This document shows, in pieces, positions 1 to 5,967 of a stretch of DNA of 24,000 nt (the first letter of the stretch is position 1; every line of letters starts with the position of its first letter). A program made the position numbers and the translations under genes. The notes beneath the pieces are model-generated. The model made no database searches, was not told the DNA's origin, and saw only the letters and a list, made by a program, of their open reading frames with translations. Source of the DNA: Microbacterium sp. NPDC076895 (GTDB taxonomy: Bacteria; Actinomycetota; Actinomycetes; Actinomycetales; Microbacteriaceae); assembly GCF_040687115.1 (NCBI RefSeq), contig NZ_JBFBMQ010000006.1, forward strand, positions 44,488 to 68,487, written 5' to 3'.

Positions 1-200
1 GCCAGACGCCGCGGATCGTCAGTACGCACCGACGGGGCACTTGCCAGCGCTGGCGGCGTGCGGAGGGGACGAACCATGTGGCCTCCAGAGGATCGCTCTG
101 AGGATAAACCCTGCGCTTTCCGGATGCTACGCAACACGGGCCGGGTCTACATTCGTGCCAGGGCACCTCGTCGCGGAGTGTCCCGATCGGAGGACGCCGT
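1..200. promoter_or_regulatory. Probable non-coding 5' region or promoter of the hydrogenase operon
   Basis: All frames here have many A/T-ending codons, unlike the strongly GC3-biased genes downstream. The Shine-Dalgarno GGAGGA at 190-195 precedes ATG 201. I could not confidently identify -10/-35 elements. Confidence 0.3.
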
Positions 201-803
201 ATGAGCACTGTGCTCTCGCCGGACGACGCGAAGATGATCACCGGTGCCGACATCGAGGCAGAGCGCCTTCGCCAACGGCTCGGCGATCCCGAAACGGTTG
301 CCGCCCTCAATCACCTCCTCGACAATGCGGAACTCGTCGCGGGGCTCCTCGATGTCGTGGGCGGCTTCTTCGCGCACTCCGACAACATCGTCGAGAACGT
401 CGCGACCAGCTACCACGAAGCCGTGGCGATGGTCACCGAGAGTCCGGTCGGAAAGCGCGCCGTTGCGGCGGGCCCCGCCCTCCTGAAGGTCGCCGACCAG
501 GCGATTCCGGTTCTCGAGCACGTCGCTGATGCCGACCTCGTCGAGAAGATCGGGTCCTCGGGCCTGCTTGACCCAGCACTGCTTGATCTGCTGACGCGGC
601 TGGCCGGCGGCGTGAGTCGCGCCACCGAGCAGGCGCAGGCCGAGGCTGAGCAGAAGCCGCCGAGCATCATCGCGATCAGCGGCATGACCCGCGATCCGGA
701 CGTCAGGCGAGGGCTTGCCTTCGCGCTGCGGATCGTCAAGGAACTCGGGCGCTCCCTCCGTGAAGAGGGAGAGGCCACCGCAACGGAAGGAGAGCAGGCA
801 TGA
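201..803 (+). CDS. DUF1641-like protein, 200 aa, translationally coupled to the hydrogenase small subunit
   Basis: ATG 201 follows GGAGGA. The C-terminal segment ISGMTRDPDVRRGLAFALRIVKELGRSL matches my memory of the DUF1641 signature (..DPxVxRGLxF.l.....G). The stop TGA at 801-803 overlaps the hhyS ATG at 800 (ATGA). Confidence 0.7.
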   Translation: MSTVLSPDDAKMITGADIEAERLRQRLGDPETVAALNHLLDNAELVAGLLDVVGGFFAHSDNIVENVATSYHEAVAMVTESPVGKRAVAAGPALLKVADQAIPVLEHVADADLVEKIGSSGLLDPALLDLLTRLAGGVSRATEQAQAEAEQKPPSIIAISGMTRDPDVRRGLAFALRIVKELGRSLREEGEATATEGEQA

Positions 804-1771
804 CCAGCGTGCTGTGGTTGCAGGGCGGGGCGTGTTCGGGGAACACGATGTCGTTCCTCAACGCGGATGAGCCGAGCGTTGTCGATCTCATCGTCGACTT
901 CGGGCTCGAGGTGCTTTGGCACCCCACCCTCGGCCTCGAGATGGGCGTCAAGGCCCAGAAGATCTTCAAAGACTGCGCCGAGGGCAAGCGGCCGCTCGAC
1001 ATCTTCGTGTTCGAAGGGACCGTGATCGAAGGCCCCGACGGCACGGGCCGCTTCGACATGTTCGCCGACCGCCCCATGAAGGACTGGGTGACCGAGCTCG
1101 CCGAGGCGGCATCCATCGTCGTGGCCATCGGCGACTGCGCGTGCTTCGGTGGGCTTCCCGCCGTCGCACCCAACCCGAGCGACTCGACAGGACTGCAGTT
1201 CCACCGCAAGGCCAAGGGTGGATTCCTCGGTGCCGACTGGCGCAGCAAGTCGGGACTTCCCGTCATCAACATCCCCGGCTGCCCCGCCCACCCCGACTGG
1301 ATCACGCAGATCATCGTTGCGCTGGCCACGGGCCGCGTCGGAGACATCGCACTGGATGACCTGAACAGGCCCCAGACCTTCTTCACCCAGTTCGTGCACA
1401 ACGGCTGCACCCGCAACACCTTCTTCGAGTTCAAGCAGTCCACGATGAGCTTCGGTGAGGGCACGCGCACCGGATGTCTGTTCTACGAATTCGGATGCCG
1501 CGGGCCGATGACCCACGCGCCGTGCAACCGCATCCTGTGGAACCGCCAGTCCTCCAAGACCCGCGCGGGCATGCCGTGCCTCGGGTGCACGGAGCCCGAG
1601 TTCCCGTTCGCAGACCTCATGCCGGGCTCCGTCTTCAAGACGCAGCTGATCGCCGGCGCCATCCCGAAGGATCTCCCGCCCGGAGAGGACCACGTCACCT
1701 ACATGGCCATGGCTGCCGCGGCGCGGATCTCCGCCCCCAAGTGGTCCAAAGAAGACATGTTCGTCGTCTAG
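800..1771 (+). CDS. hhyS: [NiFe]-hydrogenase small subunit, group 1h/5-like, no Tat signal peptide
   Basis: The N-terminus MTSVLWLQGGACSGNTMSFLNADEP begins directly at the first Fe-S ligand region, with no RRxFxK leader. Fe-S ligand motifs are GDCACFGG, PGCPAHPDW, HNGCTRN, GCLFYEFGCRGP, HAPCN and MPCLGCTEPEFPF. The RBS GGAAGGAGAG is at 785-794. Confidence 0.9.
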   Translation: MTSVLWLQGGACSGNTMSFLNADEPSVVDLIVDFGLEVLWHPTLGLEMGVKAQKIFKDCAEGKRPLDIFVFEGTVIEGPDGTGRFDMFADRPMKDWVTELAEAASIVVAIGDCACFGGLPAVAPNPSDSTGLQFHRKAKGGFLGADWRSKSGLPVINIPGCPAHPDWITQIIVALATGRVGDIALDDLNRPQTFFTQFVHNGCTRNTFFEFKQSTMSFGEGTRTGCLFYEFGCRGPMTHAPCNRILWNRQSSKTRAGMPCLGCTEPEFPFADLMPGSVFKTQLIAGAIPKDLPPGEDHVTYMAMAAAARISAPKWSKEDMFVV

Positions 1772-1788
1772 CCCGAAAGGCCCAGCAC

Positions 1789-3399
1789 ATGAGTTCTACC
1801 GTCGATCTGCACGTCAGCCCCCTCGGCCGCGTCGAGGGCGACCTGGACGTGCGCGTCACCATCGAAGACGGTGTCGTGACGGATGCCTGGACGCAGGCCA
1901 TGATGTTCCGCGGGTTCGAAACGATCCTGCGGGGCAAGGACATGCGCGCGGGCCTGATCATGACGCCCCGCATCTGCGGGATCTGCGGCGGCAGCCACCT
2001 CTACAAGGCGTGCTACGCGTTGGATACCGCGTTCCAGACGTTCGTCCCCCACAACGCGACGCTCGTTCGCAACATCGGGCAGGCGGTCGAGACCCTGCAG
2101 TCGATTCCGCGCTACTTCTACGCGATCTTCGCGATCGACCTCACGCACGAGAAGTACAAGAACTCGCCCCTCTACGACGAGGCCTGCCGGAGGTTCTCGG
2201 CCTACGTCGGCACGAGCTACCAGCCGGGCGTCGTGCTCAGCCAGAAGCCCGTCGAAATCTACGCGATCTTCGGCGGCCAGTGGCCGCACTCGTCCTTCAT
2301 GGTTCCCGGCGGCATCATGGGCGCTCCGACCCTCAGTGACGTGACCCGCTCGCACGCGATCCTTGACAACTGGAAGAACGCGTGGCTCGAGAAGCAGTGG
2401 CTCGGCTGCACCGTCGACCGGTGGCTCGAGAACAAGACGTGGGAAGACATCCTGGCCTGGGTCGACGAGAGCGACGCCCACCGCGACTCTGACTGCGGGT
2501 TCTTCATCCGCTACGCCTTGGACATCGGGCTCGACCTGTACGGACAGGGTTGGGGCAACTACATCGCCGCCGGCACGTACTTCGACCCTGCATCCTACGA
2601 TCACCCCACGATCGAGGGACGTAACGATGCACTCGTCGTGCGGTCGGGTGTGTACGCGAACGGCGCGCACCACGAGTACGACCAGGCGCGGGTGAGTGAG
2701 GATGTCGCGCACTCCTTCTATCGCGGGGATGACGTCGTGCATCCCTTCGACGGCGAGCAGAACGCGATCGACCCCGAGCTCGGTGCCAAGCAAGACAAGT
2801 ACTCGTTCGCCAAGGCTCCGCGCTATGACGTGCCCGGGGTCGGCCGGCTGCCGCTGGAAGCCGGACCGCTCGCGCGGCAGGTCGTGGCAGGCAAGCCCCA
2901 GACGAAGGACTTCCAGGACTACGACCCGCTGTTCACTGACGTCATGGCCAAGAAGGGACCCTCGGTCCTGGTGCGGCAGCTCGCGCGCATGCACGAGGCC
3001 GCGAAGTACTACAAGCTCGTGAAGAACTGGCTGAACCAGATCGATCTGCACGGCTCGTTCTTCGCCGAGCCCACCGACCCGGTGTCGGCGCGCGGTTACG
3101 GCGGCACGGAGGCTGCCCGCGGCGCGCTGCAGGACTGGATCGTCATCGAGGACGGCAAGATCGCGAACTACAACGTCATCACTCCGAGCGCGTGGAACAT
3201 CGGGCCGCGCGATAAGGATGCCGTCGTCGGACCGATCGAGAAGGCGCTGATCGGGGCTCCCGTCTACGACCTGGAAGACCCTGTCGAGCTCGGCCATGTC
3301 ACCCGTAGCTTCGACGCATGCCTCGTGTGCACGGTGCACGCGTACGACGGCAAGACGGGGCGAGAGATGTCGTCGTTCGTCATCAACAACATGTGTTGA
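1789..3399 (+). CDS. hhyL: [NiFe]-hydrogenase large subunit, group 1h/5-like, 536 aa
   Basis: ATG 1789 lies 17 nt after the small-subunit stop. The upstream part of the track ORF 1474-3399 overlaps hhyS in another frame. The N-terminus has GRVEGDLDVRV. The L1 motif TPRICGICGGSH is at 1969-1998. The L2 motif SFDACLVCTVH is at 3307-3339, followed by a 19-aa C-terminal extension of the kind removed by the endopeptidase. Confidence 0.93.
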   Translation: MSSTVDLHVSPLGRVEGDLDVRVTIEDGVVTDAWTQAMMFRGFETILRGKDMRAGLIMTPRICGICGGSHLYKACYALDTAFQTFVPHNATLVRNIGQAVETLQSIPRYFYAIFAIDLTHEKYKNSPLYDEACRRFSAYVGTSYQPGVVLSQKPVEIYAIFGGQWPHSSFMVPGGIMGAPTLSDVTRSHAILDNWKNAWLEKQWLGCTVDRWLENKTWEDILAWVDESDAHRDSDCGFFIRYALDIGLDLYGQGWGNYIAAGTYFDPASYDHPTIEGRNDALVVRSGVYANGAHHEYDQARVSEDVAHSFYRGDDVVHPFDGEQNAIDPELGAKQDKYSFAKAPRYDVPGVGRLPLEAGPLARQVVAGKPQTKDFQDYDPLFTDVMAKKGPSVLVRQLARMHEAAKYYKLVKNWLNQIDLHGSFFAEPTDPVSARGYGGTEAARGALQDWIVIEDGKIANYNVITPSAWNIGPRDKDAVVGPIEKALIGAPVYDLEDPVELGHVTRSFDACLVCTVHAYDGKTGREMSSFVINNMC

Positions 3400-3413
3400 G
3401 CGAGGGACAAGAG

Positions 3414-3977
3414 GTGAAGGCGGGCGCGGCCGTTCATACCGACGAGGCGGTCGAGCCGTGGCGGTTGATCGACGACGGTGACGAGAGTTCGCGCGTCGAG
3501 CTGTTGATCATCGGATGCGGGAACATCCTGCGTGGGGACGACGCGGCAGGTCCAGTCCTGATCAGACGGCTGTGGGAGGCCGGGCCTGTGCCGGAGACGG
3601 TTCGGATTGCCGACGGGGGCACCAGCGGGATGGGCGTCGCGTTCGAGATGCGTCACGCCGACCGGGTCCTCATCATCGATGCGTCCAGTACCGGCGCCGA
3701 GCCCGGGACCCTGTTCGCCGTTCCCGGAGACGTCGTCGCGGAACTCCCTCCCGCCGGTGCGATGGGAAGCCATGACTTCCGGTGGGATCACGCGATCGCG
3801 TTCGGTCGGTGGCTCTTGGGGCCGCTCATGCCGGACGACATCGATGTTCTGCTCATCGAGGGCGGTTCCTTCGCCTTCGGTGCACCCCTGAGCCCCGCCG
3901 TGGACGCGGCAATCGAACGGGCGCTCGGGATCGTGCGTGAGCGCATCGCCGCGCTCGAGGAGCAGACCGATGAGTGA
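3414..3977 (+). CDS. hupD: Hydrogenase maturation endopeptidase (HupD/HyaD/HybD family)
   Basis: The core LLIIGCGNILRGDDAAGPVLIRRL ... IADGGTSG ... LIIDA ... GSHDF is typical of the HybD family. I chose GTG 3414 as the start because GAGGGA at 3402-3407 precedes it. GTG 3393 is an alternative start. GC3 stays high through the roughly 25-aa N-terminal extension, so that extension is coding. Confidence 0.85.
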   Translation: MKAGAAVHTDEAVEPWRLIDDGDESSRVELLIIGCGNILRGDDAAGPVLIRRLWEAGPVPETVRIADGGTSGMGVAFEMRHADRVLIIDASSTGAEPGTLFAVPGDVVAELPPAGAMGSHDFRWDHAIAFGRWLLGPLMPDDIDVLLIEGGSFAFGAPLSPAVDAAIERALGIVRERIAALEEQTDE

Positions 3978-4284
3978 GGACGTCGAGCAGGTCACCGTCG
4001 AGTTCACTCCCGAGGGGCACCTGCGCCTTCCCGCGGACTTCGCCCGCGCCAACTTTCCGGATGACCGGATCGCCGCCCTTCGTGCACCCACCGGCGAGAT
4101 CGTGGTGATGCCGGTCGGTGTGGCCGCATCCGGTGGACTGATGCTCAAGCAGCGCAATGTCGCGGGCGATCGCAGTGTCCTCCTGCGCGAAGCGCTCGCC
4201 GATGACTACCCGGTGGGTTTCGTGGGAGCACAATGGTCGCGAAAGCGTCGCCGTCTGACCATCACCGAAGAGGGTTCCCGATGA
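3970..4284 (+). CDS. Uncharacterised 104-aa hydrogenase-cluster protein, possibly an AbrB/SpoVT-like swapped-hairpin fold
   Basis: ATG 3970 overlaps the hupD stop (ATGAGTGA), and the gene's own stop overlaps the next ATG (ATGA at 4281-4284). GC3 is high. It has no Cys. The segment EGHLRLPADFARANFPDDRIAAL...GEIVVMPV loosely resembles the G-x-hxhP-xx-hR motif of AbrB-like domains. That fold call is weak. Confidence 0.6.
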   Translation: MSEDVEQVTVEFTPEGHLRLPADFARANFPDDRIAALRAPTGEIVVMPVGVAASGGLMLKQRNVAGDRSVLLREALADDYPVGFVGAQWSRKRRRLTITEEGSR

Positions 4285-5465
4285 CCGAGATCGACCGCCC
4301 ACAGCCCCTCGGGGCGTTCGCCCTGCCGGCCGGTCTGCTGCTGATCGCCGGCGATGACACGGATGCCGCGCGGCAGTCGCTGCTTGCCGGTCACCTGCCC
4401 GAGAGCTGGCCCGCCGCGCTCGAAGGGGTGCGTCTGGCTTACGAGGGACGAGTCGAGGATGCTGCCGCGGTCTTCGCGGCATCCGACCGTCCCGTCGACC
4501 GCTACAACCTCTTCGTCGTCGACCCCGACAGCATTGCGCGAACCGATGTCACTGCCGCGCTCGGGGACCAGTGGCGGCCGCTCGTCGACCATGTCGCCTT
4601 CACGCTCGGGCAGACCAGCATCCCGCCCGAGGTCGGCAGCTCCACCGGCGAGGTTGCCGCACTGATCCTCACCGCGCAGGCAGCCCATGCGCTCGATGAC
4701 GGCGACGAGAACGAGGCTGTCGAATGTCTACGCGACGCCGCCGACCACGTCCGCGGCGTCGCTCCCGCGTTCGCGGGCGTCATCCTCAGCGAACTCGCCG
4801 GTCGTGGACACAATCTTGCCGATGCCGACGAGGCAGTCGCGCTGCTGAAGGGCACCGACCTCCGCGCCGCGTACGCCGAAGCCCTGTACCACCGCGCGGG
4901 CCTTGTCCACGGGATGGCGATCGAGGGGCGGCGCTCTCTCACCGAAGCGATCCAGGGCTACACCGAGGCGCTCCGGCACCTTGATGAGGGCGAGAACCGG
5001 CCCCTGTTCGCCCGCGTACATCTCAACCTCGGCACTGCGTACCTGGCGGCGCCCGTCATGTCGGATGCCGACATGCTGCGTGTGGGGATCGCGATCCAGT
5101 CCCTGCGCACGGCGGCCCGACTGCTCGATGAGAAAGACGACGCCGAGGAATGGGCCAGCGCTCGTCTGAATCTCGCCAATGCGTTGGTCTATGCGCCGTC
5201 TGCGCGCCAGCGTGACAACCTCATGGAAGCTGTGGACCTCTACGAAGTGGTGCTACGCACCCGATCGCCGAAGAAGGACGCTCTCGGGCGCGCCCGGGTG
5301 CTCTCGAACCAGGGGAATGCGCTTGCCCATCTCGGACTCCTTGACGATGCACGGGGGCGGTTCGATGAGGCGGAGTTCCTGTTCGCTTCGAAGGGCGATG
5401 AGAACTCGGCCGCGATCGTGCGTGACCTCCGTGACCAACTGGTGGCGGCGGGGAGCCCGGCATGA
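4281..5465 (+). CDS. TPR-like helical-repeat protein, 394 aa, hydrogenase-cluster accessory protein of unknown function
   Basis: ATG 4281 is coupled to the previous stop. The C-terminal half has repeated helical hairpin motifs of TPR type (VHLNLGTAYLAAP, ARLNLANALVYAP, RVLSNQGNALAHLGLLDDARGRFDEA). Confidence 0.65.
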   Translation: MTEIDRPQPLGAFALPAGLLLIAGDDTDAARQSLLAGHLPESWPAALEGVRLAYEGRVEDAAAVFAASDRPVDRYNLFVVDPDSIARTDVTAALGDQWRPLVDHVAFTLGQTSIPPEVGSSTGEVAALILTAQAAHALDDGDENEAVECLRDAADHVRGVAPAFAGVILSELAGRGHNLADADEAVALLKGTDLRAAYAEALYHRAGLVHGMAIEGRRSLTEAIQGYTEALRHLDEGENRPLFARVHLNLGTAYLAAPVMSDADMLRVGIAIQSLRTAARLLDEKDDAEEWASARLNLANALVYAPSARQRDNLMEAVDLYEVVLRTRSPKKDALGRARVLSNQGNALAHLGLLDDARGRFDEAEFLFASKGDENSAAIVRDLRDQLVAAGSPA

Positions 5466-5499
5466 CGCCCGCACGCCGGAACGAATGGGGAGGTATCCG

Positions 5500-5967
5500 A
5501 TGACGATGCTCGACACTCACACGCGAGACACTGACACTCCAGAGGCTGCAACCCTCGAAACGACTGCCTCGAGACTGGATGCGGCTGTCGCTGCCATCAG
5601 CCGGCTCGATCCCGACAGTCGTGCCGTGGCTGAAGAGTTCGCGCTGGCCCTTGACGCTCTCTCAAAGGAGGCGCTCACCACGATCGTGCGGGCTCTGCGG
5701 GAAGACCCACGTGGCAAGGAGCTCCTCTTTGACCTCGTCGACGATCCGGCAGTGCGGATGCTGCTGGGCATGCACGGAATCATCCGGATGCCGGACCCCG
5801 CAGCCACCGCCGAGGCGACGGCGCCGGCGCCGACGGCGAGCGCTCGTCCCGTAGCGTTCGTGAGTCTCGAATCGCTGTTGCGCGGGCCGAGCGCCGCCCC
5901 GACGGGTGCCTGCGGGACCGGGGCCGGCGCATGCGGCCCCGAGGGCTGTGGCTGCGGCGGGCACTGA
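5500..5967 (+). CDS. Uncharacterised 155-aa protein with a Cys/His-rich C-terminal tail, possibly a metal- or FeS-binding HhyE-like protein
   Basis: ATG 5500 lies 6 nt after GGGGAGG (5487-5493). An in-frame ATG at 5485 lacks an RBS. A helical N-terminal domain (LFDLVDDPAVRMLLGMHGII) is followed by an Ala/Pro linker and the tail GACGTGAGACGPEGCGCGGH. Confidence 0.6.
   Translation: MTMLDTHTRDTDTPEAATLETTASRLDAAVAAISRLDPDSRAVAEEFALALDALSKEALTTIVRALREDPRGKELLFDLVDDPAVRMLLGMHGIIRMPDPAATAEATAPAPTASARPVAFVSLESLLRGPSAAPTGACGTGAGACGPEGCGCGGH

Noticed and set aside
43-54. A perfect 12-bp palindrome GCCAGCGCTGGC upstream of the operon
   Set aside because: Short GC-rich palindromes arise easily by chance at this base composition. 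There is no flanking T-tract and no second copy, so I cannot support a function.
41-529. A 162-aa + strand ORF at the window start, and nearby short ORFs
   Set aside because: It is out of frame with the DUF1641 gene and overlaps it. Its translation is Arg-rich junk. The 5' 200 nt show poor GC3 in every frame.
410-1693. A 427-aa ORF on the minus strand, antisense to the DUF1641 and small-subunit genes
   Set aside because: This is a typical high-GC artefact, since stop codons are rare in antisense frames. The translation is Arg/Ala/Gly-rich low complexity with no motifs. The + strand frame carries clear hydrogenase motifs and the GC3 bias.
1474-1788. An upstream extension of the large-subunit ORF. 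The same issue affects 10727-11746, 8265-8567, 8966-9208, 5179-5499 and 18280-19095.
   Set aside because: These extensions overlap the preceding gene in another frame and translate to low-complexity sequence. Internal starts with an RBS or stop-start coupling give proteins with canonical N-termini.
1768-3339. A 523-aa minus-strand ORF antisense to the large subunit
   Set aside because: Same reasoning as above. It has no recognisable domain and fully overlaps a confidently identified gene.
1969-3339. A possible [NiFeSe] enzyme, with selenocysteine TGA in the active-site motifs
   Set aside because: All four Ni-ligand positions are encoded by TGC (1975, 1984, 3319, 3328). There is no in-frame TGA in the gene.
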